From NCBI GenBank assembly GCA_963777315.1, contig CAVZQC010000004.1, positions 1 through 64,000 on the forward strand: a DNA stretch of 64,000 bases. The letters are read 5' to 3'. Both the position numbers and the translations under genes were made by a program. The notes under the pieces were generated by a model. The model was not told the DNA's origin, ran no database searches, and saw only the letters and a list, made by a program, of their open reading frames with translations. This DNA comes from Vulcanimicrobiota bacterium (lineage in GTDB: Bacteria > Vulcanimicrobiota > Vulcanimicrobiia > Vulcanimicrobiales > Vulcanimicrobiaceae). Below are positions 10,539 through 18,888 of this stretch, in pieces (the stretch's first letter is position 1; the number at the start of each line of letters is the position of its first letter).

Positions 10539-10874
10539 ATGAATATCGAAACGCGAACGCTGCTGCGAATCTTCCTTAGCGAAAGCGCGCGGCTCCAAAA
10601 TCGGCCGCTCTACACCGTGCTCGTAGAAGAGTTGCGGCGGCAAGGCATTCCGGGAGCCACGGTGCTCAAGGGCATTGAAGGTTTCGGCCAGCACGGCCGC
10701 GTTCGCACGGTGCGCGCGATCGATTTTGCCGGCGATCTTCCGGTGATCATCGAGGTGATCGATACTCGCGAAAAGATCGAGGCAATCGTGCCCTGGCTCA
10801 AAGAAAACATTGCTCGCGGGTTACTGACGCTTGAAACGGTGCAGCTCATTCCGATCGACCGAGCGGCGCCGTGA
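10539..10874 (+). CDS. DUF190 (PII-like) protein
   Basis: LLRIFLSES, GATVLKGIEGFG, DLPVIIEVID, GLLTLE. Confidence 0.9.
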   Translation: MNIETRTLLRIFLSESARLQNRPLYTVLVEELRRQGIPGATVLKGIEGFGQHGRVRTVRAIDFAGDLPVIIEVIDTREKIEAIVPWLKENIARGLLTLETVQLIPIDRAAP

Positions 10875-11260
10875 TCGATTGGCGTACGGTGATTGCGGTG
10901 TTCGCGGGCGGCGGAATAGGATCCGCATGCCGTTACCTGTTGGGCGTTGTGTTTCTGCAGCGATTCGGGCCGGGCTTCCCTTACGGCACCATGACGATCA
11001 ATTTGTTGGGATGCCTGCTCACCGGCGTCATATCCGAGTTCGCCTTGTCGCGATCGATCTGGATAACGCCGTTAACGCGCAGTTTCCTGGTTGCGGGCGT
11101 GCTCGGCGGCTTCACGACCTTTTCGAGTTTTGCATATGAGTCCGTCACAATGGCCGACGGCGCAGCTGCCGTGCCTGCAATAGCCTATGTGGCCATTAGC
11201 GTAGGCGGCGGATTTCTGGCTGCGTTTGCGGGGATGGCGCTTGTGAGAAGTTTCGTCTAA
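10871..11260 (+). CDS. crcB: fluoride channel CrcB/FluC
   Basis: GGGIGSACRY, FPYGTMTINLLGC, GVLGGFTTFSSFAYE. Confidence 0.97.
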   Translation: MIDWRTVIAVFAGGGIGSACRYLLGVVFLQRFGPGFPYGTMTINLLGCLLTGVISEFALSRSIWITPLTRSFLVAGVLGGFTTFSSFAYESVTMADGAAAVPAIAYVAISVGGGFLAAFAGMALVRSFV

Positions 11261-11391
11261 CGCCGGCCGGAAAAGGTTTCCGCGATACGCGAAAATATGC
11301 TCGCACGCGAGCGTTGCGGTTCGCGCTTACGCTCCTGTGCTGCTGCGGCAGCCGTAGTGGCCCCGCAACTGGAACACGCGCACGATGCCAT
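11257..11391 (-). CDS. small Cys-rich peptide (44 aa)
   Basis: GGAGG RBS then MASCACSSCGATTAAAAAQERKREPQRSRASIFSRIAETFSGRR; hand-translated. Confidence 0.55.
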   Translation of the reverse strand: MASCACSSCGATTAAAAAQERKREPQRSRASIFSRIAETFSGRR

Positions 11392-11408
11392 ATCGGCCTC
11401 CGTTCAAA

Positions 11409-11612
11409 TCACTCCGGTACGAGCGTATCGCCGTGCCGCACTACGTGCGAGGACTGTCCGGTGGTATCGTTTGCCGCCGGGTTGTCGGCATTGCACTGCG
11501 GGCACGTCCATGCGCCATCCGGTGCGTCCTCGAGCGGTTCTGCGCCGCATTCGGCGCATGCGGGCTTGACGTCGACTTTGTGCGATTCGCCTCGGCCATG
11601 TTGCATTCGCAT
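11409..11612 (-). CDS. small zinc-ribbon protein (67 aa)
   Basis: CAECG...WTCPQC, two CxxC knuckles. Confidence 0.65.
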   Translation of the reverse strand: MRMQHGRGESHKVDVKPACAECGAEPLEDAPDGAWTCPQCNADNPAANDTTGQSSHVVRHGDTLVPE

Positions 11613-11813
11613 GACGGCTGTATACCCGGTTTGGTTCTAAAAGCCGACATACTCATGACGGGACGAAGCAGAGTCCAAGCGAAACTGAGTCCATGAACGG
11701 GACCGAGCCTGCCGGGGCTGTTCCGGGTGGGACTCGAGCGCAGTAGCGCTGAGTGGAGGTAGCGATGGAAAACTCAAAATGGCGATTCCAGTTGCGATCG
11801 AACCAGGTCTGAA

Positions 11814-11981
11814 ATGGGCAGACAGGCAGCTAACGTGCTTTACGTGGTGGCGATGGCAGCCATCATAGTCGGTGTAGATTTCGCGTTCTTCAGAAACCGA
11901 TTCTGGGAACGGCTGATCGTGAATATTGGAATCGTCTTGGTGTTCGCAGCGTTCTACTTGAGATTCTTGAAGGGTTCATGA
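11814..11981 (+). CDS. small two-TM membrane protein (55 aa)
   Basis: MGRQAANVLYVVAMAAIIVGVDFAFFRNRFWERLIVNIGIVLVFAAFYLRFLKGS; hand-translated. Confidence 0.75.
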   Translation: MGRQAANVLYVVAMAAIIVGVDFAFFRNRFWERLIVNIGIVLVFAAFYLRFLKGS

Positions 11982-12020
11982 ATAAGGGGCGACAGCGACA
12001 CCACGCACGTTTGCTCTTAC

Positions 12021-12128
12021 GAACTGCTGCACAACCTCGGCATCGCGCCTCCGTATGTCATGATTGGACGTTAACTCGGCGGCCTTGGCGTAGCGCTTTT
12101 CGCGACCGAACCGACGAATCCGGAGTAA
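12021..12128 (+). pseudogene. alpha/beta-hydrolase remnant
   Basis: LLHNLGIAPPYVMIGR*LGGLGVALFA resembles PPYVLVGHSLGG with a stop at the nucleophile Ser position. Confidence 0.55.
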
Positions 12129-12174
12129 GCTATCGCTAAAACGGAATTGCTCGACGCTCCCGTCACGCTCTTTT

Positions 12175-12978
12175 TTATGTCGTCGTTAGTTCCGTTTTCG
12201 GTGGCGCTTGTACCATTTTAAGAAAGACGGCTCCAAGGCATTCATCACCCGACTTAAACTGCATGACGCCAATCCCTGAAACATTGACACTCAAGCCTTC
12301 GGGGTGGGTATCATAAGTGTTTATTTCAGAAAACGGCGCGTTCGCGATGTCATTCGTGTCAGCCTTGAACAGAATGCGCTGGTTGGAAACGTACACCGTT
12401 CCCATTGGGCCCCAAGCGAAGTCGGTAACGTTCTGCGATGCGCCTTGATAACCGCCAACCCGAACCTTTAAGCCGTGTCCCAACGGAACGTACAGCGCAG
12501 GATTTTGTCCCCGGTGAGTTGCCCGTTTCTGCGTCTGTCCATATTGGCAACGCTGCTCCCAGAAAAATTGCTCGCCGTTTCGTGGCATGACGCCTTGAGG
12601 AATGAACGGGGTTAGATGACCGCTTTGAATATCGGCTAACTTCTGCGCAATGGCGCTTTCATGCTTCGTCTGTTGCGCTTTCGCGATTTTTGCAGGCGCG
12701 GCATAGTTACCCCTGGGCATGAAAGCCAATACAATCAACGGAACGATGAAAGTGAACATTGCAAGTACGACCCAGCCCGCAGGATTCCGTTGTTTGCTCT
12801 TGGCGAGATAATACGTTGCAATGAGGATTGCCCCCCATACACAGAAGGCAAGGACTCTACTGCCCTCGTCCCACGATTGAGCCGCAGCGGCTTTATGGGT
12901 AGCGGCTTGCGCGATGCCCACGACACAAACGACAAGCCCCAAGGAGAGTATACCTACTTGCGGCTTCAGCCTCTCCAT
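12175..12978 (-). CDS. hypothetical membrane protein
   Basis: 267 aa, three hydrophobic N-terminal segments, C-terminal GTVYVSNQRILF (PH-like fold possible); lower GC; RBS present. Confidence 0.75.
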   Translation of the reverse strand: MERLKPQVGILSLGLVVCVVGIAQAATHKAAAAQSWDEGSRVLAFCVWGAILIATYYLAKSKQRNPAGWVVLAMFTFIVPLIVLAFMPRGNYAAPAKIAKAQQTKHESAIAQKLADIQSGHLTPFIPQGVMPRNGEQFFWEQRCQYGQTQKRATHRGQNPALYVPLGHGLKVRVGGYQGASQNVTDFAWGPMGTVYVSNQRILFKADTNDIANAPFSEINTYDTHPEGLSVNVSGIGVMQFKSGDECLGAVFLKMVQAPPKTELTTT

Positions 12979-13155
12979 AGCATCCCTTTCCTCGTTCAGA
13001 CAACGTGCTTAGAGTATAGCGCTAGTTCGTTGCGCTGCCAACAAACGTATTGAGGAAGCAACGAGGATATACTGATTATTTGAAGCTGATCCTGACGGTT
13101 TACCAGGCTCTACCGTATAAGGCTCCTGGGTCGCTTGCCGGCGACATCGACGCGT

Positions 13156-13172
13156 GGTATAACAGTTATACC
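13156..13172. promoter_or_regulatory. operator palindrome of the toxin-antitoxin promoter
   Basis: Perfect inverted repeat GGTATAAC-A-GTTATACC ending 2 nt before the toxin ATG. Confidence 0.7.
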
Positions 13173-13174
13173 CG

Positions 13175-13453
13175 ATGCGGTTCGACTTCGACGAGCGCAA
13201 GAGCCAGCGATTGCGCGCCAATTTCCGAAGGGGCATAGGCTTTGAAGAGGTGCAAGAACTCTTCACCCATCCGTACTATCTCGACCAGCGCTCGGATGTA
13301 CCGGAGCAATACCGCGCAATCGGTTGGGCGCAGGGACTGTTGTATTCGCTCATCTTTGAAGTGCGTGAGGACGATGAAGGTGAGTTCTACCACCTGGTGA
13401 CGCTCTGGAAGGCGACAAAGGAGGAAAACCAGCTTTATGAAGGCCACACGTAA
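13175..13453 (+). CDS. BrnT-family toxin
   Basis: MRFDFDERKSQRL...RGIGFEEVQELF...EQYRAIG...TLWKATKEE. Confidence 0.8.
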   Translation: MRFDFDERKSQRLRANFRRGIGFEEVQELFTHPYYLDQRSDVPEQYRAIGWAQGLLYSLIFEVREDDEGEFYHLVTLWKATKEENQLYEGHT

Positions 13454-13721
13454 GAAAAAATTAGTCGCAACCGCTGAGGAAATTGCGCGTCTTGCGGAAC
13501 GTGGCAAGGATGTGTCGCGGTACTTTACTAACCGTGGCCGCATGATGGCACCGGTGCAAAGGGTGAACGTCGACTTTACGTCGCCGATGCTTGCCGAACT
13601 AGACAGGGCGGCCGACGAGCTCAATGTCAGCAGACAGGCGGTGATCAAAACGCTTCTTCGTCAGGCATTGGATCAGCACTATCTGGCTTCCAACGCTGCT
13701 TCGTCGACAAAGCGCCGCTAG
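13437..13721 (+). CDS. CopG/RHH antitoxin (BrnA-like)
   Basis: QRVNVDFTSPMLAELDRAADELNVSRQAVIKTLLRQAL; overlaps the toxin gene. Confidence 0.85.
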   Translation: MKATRKKKLVATAEEIARLAERGKDVSRYFTNRGRMMAPVQRVNVDFTSPMLAELDRAADELNVSRQAVIKTLLRQALDQHYLASNAASSTKRR

Positions 13722-13830
13722 CCACGCGCAGGGACGCCATCCTGAAACGACGCCGCGAACAGTCCCAACGATTCGAACATTTGAAAAGGGGCCCTAGCCG
13801 ATCCTCACCGTCCAAATCCGATACGGGCCA

Positions 13831-14061
13831 TTTCTGACTGATCTGTTACATTTTGTTACACGCCGAGCTGCGCTCAACGCAATCTAATCTGACGTGCCGA
13901 TGGATGTGATCTTGCATTTCAAAGAAGGGGCGTGAAGAATTCGATGAGCTCTTGGAAGCGCGTGACGCGAGCTTTTCCAACGCGACGCGAGAATCGATCA
14001 CGCGAGCCCGCCGTGGTCGAGAACGGCGCTCTTTCTGACCGATCTGTTAGATTTTGTTACA
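13831..14061. repeat. two 30-bp direct repeats (13831-13860, 14032-14061)
   Basis: TTTCTGACtGATCTGTTAcATTTTGTTACA vs TTTCTGACcGATCTGTTAgATTTTGTTACA, 28/30 identical. Confidence 0.85.
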
Positions 14062-14117
14062 GGGAGGCGTCACGCGGAATGGCGCTTGCAAGAAGCGTCA
14101 GTGCCGGTGTGTAGACT

Positions 14118-14726
14118 CTATCCCTTATCTGCTGCCAATGCGTCGGACGGAATCGGCAGCGGCTTTTCGTCGGTCTTGACGGCACAAACCTGTTGCGGAT
14201 GATCCACAACAGGAACGTACTCCTGACCTTTCGTAACTTCAACGTCCTTGTGACTGCCGAACATTCCTTGTCTGCGCCTATACTCAGAACGGTCAAACGC
14301 TACTTGGAGAGCAGAACCGCAGAACGTATATATCTTATCAACGCTCATTCGTAAATCTGCAGCCTTGTACCCGAAGCCATAAAACCCAGATTTTCCCTGC
14401 TGTGCTTCTTGGACGCTTCCTTCGGCTGTATCGCCCGCCTTAGCGATGAGGTAGCCTGACACGATGAAATCTTGGGCTACTTGAAAGCGCACCTTTTCGC
14501 CGCCTTGCGCCGCATATGAGTTTAGGCTTTCCTCAGTTTTCACGACAAGAGGAATATTTGCTGGCAGATTAACGCTGACGATGCCTGGAATCGGCGTAGC
14601 GAGATTGATGACCTGTGGTGTTGCATCAGTTTGCGGGGATGGGGACGGGGACGGCGGCGCGGATTGCGCGAGGGCAATCGCCGTAGTCATGGCGAGAGTG
14701 ATAAGTACACCGATGGCCTTCTTCAT
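14118..14726 (-). CDS. hypothetical exported protein
   Basis: Signal peptide MKKAIGVLITLAMTTAIALA, Pro/Ser linker, beta-rich domain (GEKVRFQVAQDFIVSGYLIAKAG). Confidence 0.75.
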   Translation of the reverse strand: MKKAIGVLITLAMTTAIALAQSAPPSPSPSPQTDATPQVINLATPIPGIVSVNLPANIPLVVKTEESLNSYAAQGGEKVRFQVAQDFIVSGYLIAKAGDTAEGSVQEAQQGKSGFYGFGYKAADLRMSVDKIYTFCGSALQVAFDRSEYRRRQGMFGSHKDVEVTKGQEYVPVVDHPQQVCAVKTDEKPLPIPSDALAADKG

Positions 14727-14960
14727 TGTATGAACCGCCCTTTTATGACGTTTGTTGCTGAATTCGCAGCCAACGCTGCGGTACGGAACGGTTTTCGCTT
14801 GAATAGCTAAACGCAACGGGCATAAAGCGCGTGCTTCATTGGAACCATTATACTGCTAGACGTCTGGCGCGCATATACCGGGCGGCAACATGCATACAGC
14901 GGCGTAGAGCGTCCTGTAATGTTTACTGTCGCGTAGCATCGAAGATTGCAGAACAAGGAG

Positions 14961-14984
14961 AAAAACGCCGATGTAAACCGGCGT
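14961..14984 (-). terminator. intrinsic terminator after the tRNA pair
   Basis: Minus strand ACGCCGGT-TTAC-ATCGGCGT followed by a T run. Confidence 0.7.
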
Positions 14985-14998
14985 CCCCGCAAAACTTC

Positions 14999-15071
14999 TA
15001 GCCCCAACGGGATTCGAACCCGTGTTACCGCCGTGAGAGGGCGGCGTCCTAGGCCTCTAGACGATAGGGCC
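14999..15071 (-). tRNA. tRNA-Glu (CTC), CCA not encoded
   Basis: Cloverleaf GGCCCTA...CCGCC-CT-CTC-AC-GGCGG...ACGGG-TTCGAAT-CCCGT-TGGGGCT-A. Confidence 0.95.
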
Positions 15072-15072
15072 G

Positions 15073-15148
15073 TGGCTCCCGGGCAAGGGATCGAACCTCG
15101 AGTCTCCTGGTTCAGAGCCAGGCGTGTTGCCAGTTACACCACCCGGGA
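15073..15148 (-). tRNA. tRNA-Gln (CTG), CCA encoded
   Basis: Cloverleaf TCCCGGG...CCTGG-CT-CTG-AA-CCAGG...CGAGG-TTCGATC-CCTTG-CCCGGGA-G-CCA. Confidence 0.95.
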
Positions 15149-15162
15149 ATAGCGCCGTGCCT

Positions 15163-15192
15163 ATACTACGCGACGCTGAACGGCTCATGCAA
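15163..15192 (-). promoter_or_regulatory. sigma-70 promoter for the tRNA pair
   Basis: TTGCAT-N18-TAGTAT on the minus strand, just upstream of tRNA-Gln. Confidence 0.6.
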
Positions 15193-15320
15193 GGCGACAT
15201 CACGCCGAGCGCACGCCGGCTTGCCGAATCGTTACCAACCTATCCCGAGGGGAAAGCTCGTATACAGCGGCGGAATTCGTTCAAAGTTCGCTTGATGTAC
15301 GCTTCTGCGGAGGGTCGCCC

Positions 15321-16382
15321 GTGCAGGCAATCGTGTTGGTCGGCGGCGAGGGCACGCGGCTGCGCCCCCTGACGTTTGGAACGCCCAAGCCGATGGTTCC
15401 GATTGTGAACGTGCCCTTCTTAGCGCGAACGCTCGAGCGGCTGCGCGAGGCGGGGATCTGCGACGTCATTCTGCCGGCGGGCTACATGCCGCAAGCCATT
15501 ACGGAGTATTTCGGCGACGGCTCGCGCATGGGCATGCGCATCACGTACGTGATCGAAGACGAACCGCTCGGCACTGCGGGCGCAATAAAGAATGTCGAGC
15601 AGCACATCACCGGACCGTTCTTCGTGCTCAACGGCGACGTGCTCACCAGCCTTGATTTGCAAGCGATGATCGACTACCACGCGCGCAAGGGCGGCTTAGG
15701 CGTTTTGCACCTGATTACGGTCGACGATCCGTCGGCGTTCGGGTGCGTCGTGCACGACCGGGACGGGCGAATTTCGCAATTCGTGGAAAAGCCTCCCAAA
15801 GGCAGCGAGCCGACCAACGAGATCAACGCCGGAACGTATCTGCTCGAACCGGCCGTGCTGGCCATGATACCGCCCGGGCGCAACGTATCGATCGAGCGCG
15901 AGACGTTTCCGAAAATTTTGGCCGAACATCAAGCGCTGTACGCGTACACCACCGCCGACTACTGGATCGATCTGGGACGCCCGGAGCACTATCTGAGCGC
16001 CCACCGCGACATTCTCTCGGGCGCGATGCCGCTCAAGTTCGAGCCGGGCGTGAAAAACGCGCGCAACGTGATCGAGCCGGTGCACGCGGAAGCAGACGTG
16101 CGCATCGATCCGACCGCGAAGGTCGGGCCTAATGTCGTGCTGGGTCGAGGATGCAGCATCGGTGCGAACGCCGTCGTACGCGACAGCGTTCTGTGGGACG
16201 GCGTCAGCGTAGAAGACGGAGCGACCGTCGAGGAAAGTATCGTCGCCAGCGGTTCGCGGGTGGGAAAGAACGCACGAATCGAAGCCGGCAGCGTGATCGG
16301 ACACGATGTCGTGATCGAACCGGGTACCGTCGCGCCCGCGGGTTCGCGCATCGGACCAACTGCGCCCATCGGAGCCGGCTAA
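15321..16382 (+). CDS. NDP-sugar synthase (mannose-1-phosphate guanylyltransferase-like)
   Basis: LVGGEGTRLRPLT...PKP, EPLGTAGA, FVEKP, INAGTY, WIDLG, C-terminal hexapeptide repeats. Confidence 0.92.
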   Translation: MQAIVLVGGEGTRLRPLTFGTPKPMVPIVNVPFLARTLERLREAGICDVILPAGYMPQAITEYFGDGSRMGMRITYVIEDEPLGTAGAIKNVEQHITGPFFVLNGDVLTSLDLQAMIDYHARKGGLGVLHLITVDDPSAFGCVVHDRDGRISQFVEKPPKGSEPTNEINAGTYLLEPAVLAMIPPGRNVSIERETFPKILAEHQALYAYTTADYWIDLGRPEHYLSAHRDILSGAMPLKFEPGVKNARNVIEPVHAEADVRIDPTAKVGPNVVLGRGCSIGANAVVRDSVLWDGVSVEDGATVEESIVASGSRVGKNARIEAGSVIGHDVVIEPGTVAPAGSRIGPTAPIGAG

Positions 16383-16436
16383 GCGCACGCTGGTGCGTGT
16401 AGAGAGTAAGCTTCCGCAACCTCTTGTAGTGCCAAG

Positions 16437-16464
16437 GGTTTACCCTAGATGAGACCAAGGGTAT
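16437..16464 (+). promoter_or_regulatory. SigB/SigF-type promoter
   Basis: GGTTT-N17-GGGTAT in the intergenic region before the GT4 gene. Confidence 0.55.
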
Positions 16465-16559
16465 AAATTGCACGTCGAATCGCAGGAGGGTAGCCGCCAG
16501 CTTTGCCCGCCTGCCGTGCATGGTATTCCTCCGAGCTGGCGTTTGGAGATCGAAAGGTC

Positions 16560-17759
16560 ATGGGCCGGTCCCAAGACGCGCTCGCCGTGGCTGCTGTTCC
16601 GCGCACGCTGTTCATGGGCTCATTCCCTCCGCGCGAATGCGGAATCGCGACGTTTACAAAAGACGTGGTGGACTCGTTCGACAGAGCCTTCCACACAAGC
16701 AGCGAGATCATCGCGATCGATGAACCGGGCGGGGAAGTTCGCCAGTACGGCCCTGAAGTGGTCGCCCGCTTGCAAGAAGACCGTCGCGAATCGTATGCCG
16801 ACGTCGCAGCCATCGTCAATGCGCACCCAGCCGGCGTGCTGAACATTCAACACGAGTACGGCTTGTTCGGTGGCGATCGCGGCGAATGGCTCATCGATCT
16901 CCTGGCCGCCGTGGAAAAACCGGTCGTTCTTACGCTGCACACGGTATTGCCAGAGCCCGACGAAGTGATGCTGCGCGTAACGCGCGAGGTGTGCCGCTAT
17001 GCCGCCACCGTCATCGTACTCTCCGAAACCGGACGCGATTTGCTGGGACGCGTTTACGGCATCGATCCGGCCTGCGTGCAGGTGATCCATCACGGCGTGC
17101 CCGACGTCGAATTCCGCGATACCGCGCCGTTCAAAGCCTCGTTCGGAATCGGCCAGCGCATGATGATATCGACCTTTGGATTGATCAACCGCGGAAAAGG
17201 GTTGGAGTACGCGATCGAAGCCATGCGCGACGTCGTCAAGCGCCATCCCGAAACGCTGTATCTGATTTTGGGTGAAACGCACCCCGTCGTGCGCCGGCGC
17301 GAAGGTGAATCCTACCGGGAATCGCTGCAGCAGTTGGTGCGCGATTACGGCCTGCAGAACAACGTGCAGCTGATCGACAAATATTTGGATTTCGACGAAT
17401 TGGTCGGCTATCTTGAAGCGACCGACATCTATCTGACGCCCTATCTGAACCCCACGCAGATCGTGAGCGGCACGCTTGCATACGCGGTCGGATGCGGCAA
17501 AGCGATCGTGTCGACGCCCTATCTCTACGCCCAGGAAGTGCTCGCCAACCACCGCGGATTCTTATGCGAATTCCGCGATGCCAAGTCGATCGCGCGGATC
17601 GTTACCGCATTGCTCGACGATCAGGCGCTGCGCCGCGCTACGGAACGGCGCGCGTACCGGTTCGGCCGCCAAATGACCTGGCCGCACGTCGCCGCCGAGT
17701 ACGGCAAACTGTTCGCAGAACTCGCGCCGCAAGAAATGGAGCTGATCCATTCTGCATAG
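16560..17759 (+). CDS. glycosyltransferase family 4
   Basis: PPRECGIATFT, IQHEYGLFGG, KGLEYAIEA, SGTLAYAVG, STPYLYA. Confidence 0.92.
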   Translation: MGRSQDALAVAAVPRTLFMGSFPPRECGIATFTKDVVDSFDRAFHTSSEIIAIDEPGGEVRQYGPEVVARLQEDRRESYADVAAIVNAHPAGVLNIQHEYGLFGGDRGEWLIDLLAAVEKPVVLTLHTVLPEPDEVMLRVTREVCRYAATVIVLSETGRDLLGRVYGIDPACVQVIHHGVPDVEFRDTAPFKASFGIGQRMMISTFGLINRGKGLEYAIEAMRDVVKRHPETLYLILGETHPVVRRREGESYRESLQQLVRDYGLQNNVQLIDKYLDFDELVGYLEATDIYLTPYLNPTQIVSGTLAYAVGCGKAIVSTPYLYAQEVLANHRGFLCEFRDAKSIARIVTALLDDQALRRATERRAYRFGRQMTWPHVAAEYGKLFAELAPQEMELIHSA

Positions 17760-18825
17760 ATTTGACGGCGTTCGCTCGCTGCCCACGCTGGAACATCTCA
17801 TAACTCTCAGCGACGACGTCGGTGTTATTCAGCACGCCCTGGAAGACGTTCCCAACCGCTCGACGGGATACTGCACCGACGATGTTTCGCGCGCATATAT
17901 GGTCGTGCTGGCCAAGCTCCAGATCGATCCGCACGATGCCGCCGCGCAGCGGCTGGCCTCGACGTACCTGTCCTTTTTGCACGACGCCCAGCTGCAGGAC
18001 GGCCGGTTTCACAATTTCATGGGATACGACCGTTGCTGGCTGGATGCGGTCGGCACGCACGATTCGGTCGGGCGTGCGTTGTGGGCGCTGGGATACGGAA
18101 TGCGGTACGCGCCGCGCGGTTCGTGGCGCCGCGTTTCGCAGCGTCTTTTCGGCAAGGCGCTCGGTTCGCTCGAATGGCTTTCCTACCCGCGTTCGCAGGC
18201 GTACGCGGCGATAGGGCTCGCCCATGCCTGCGAGGCGAGCATTGCGGACGGCGACGTGCCCGCATATCAACGCCGGCTGCGAACGCTGGCCGAGAGCCTG
18301 AAACAAAAGTATTTGGACGTGCGCGACGGCGACTGGCAGTGGTACGAAAACGCATTGACCTATGACAACGCGCGCTTGCCCGAAGCCATGCTGCGTGCCG
18401 GTCTATCGCTTCGCGACGACGAACTGATCGCAATCGGGGTGCGCACCTTCGATTTCTACCGGCGCGTCGCGGTCGAAGACGGCGTGCACGTTCCGGTGGG
18501 CAACCACGGCTGGTTTCAGCGCGGCGGGGTCAAACCCAAGTATTCGCAGCAGCCGGTCGAATCGGCGGCGCTGGTCGATGCCGCGCTGGTGGCGTACGAT
18601 GCGACGGGCGATCCGGCATATCGCGGCACCGCGCAGCTGGGGCTGGACTGGTATTACGGCCGGAATTCACGCGGCATCGTCATGGCGCGCAACGGCGGCT
18701 GCTTGGACGGCCTAAATGAGACCACGGTAAACTTCAACATGGGCGCGGAGTCCACGCTTTCGTACTTGGCGGCGGCATACGTGCTCGCAGCGCGTCCGGC
18801 CGCAACCCTGTCGGTGGCCCGCTAA
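17749..18825 (+). CDS. GT4-associated (alpha/alpha)-barrel domain protein, stand-alone (non-canonical ATT/CTG start)
   Basis: Conserved LEHLITLSDDVGVIQHA...GYCTDD lies upstream of the first ATG (17899); LTYDNARLPEA, QQPVE, NMGAESTLS. Confidence 0.8.
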   Translation: MLHRFDGVRSLPTLEHLITLSDDVGVIQHALEDVPNRSTGYCTDDVSRAYMVVLAKLQIDPHDAAAQRLASTYLSFLHDAQLQDGRFHNFMGYDRCWLDAVGTHDSVGRALWALGYGMRYAPRGSWRRVSQRLFGKALGSLEWLSYPRSQAYAAIGLAHACEASIADGDVPAYQRRLRTLAESLKQKYLDVRDGDWQWYENALTYDNARLPEAMLRAGLSLRDDELIAIGVRTFDFYRRVAVEDGVHVPVGNHGWFQRGGVKPKYSQQPVESAALVDAALVAYDATGDPAYRGTAQLGLDWYYGRNSRGIVMARNGGCLDGLNETTVNFNMGAESTLSYLAAAYVLAARPAATLSVAR

Positions 18826-18888
18826 GCAACCCCCGACAAATATCGCCGGGCGCGCGGCCTGCCGAGCGGCGAGGCCGATTTTCGTCGC

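Noticed and set aside
11690..11745. AACGGGACCGAGCC / GGTGGGACTCGAGC as a duplicated tRNA end (att site)
   Set aside because: Match to the tRNA-Glu 3' end is too poor
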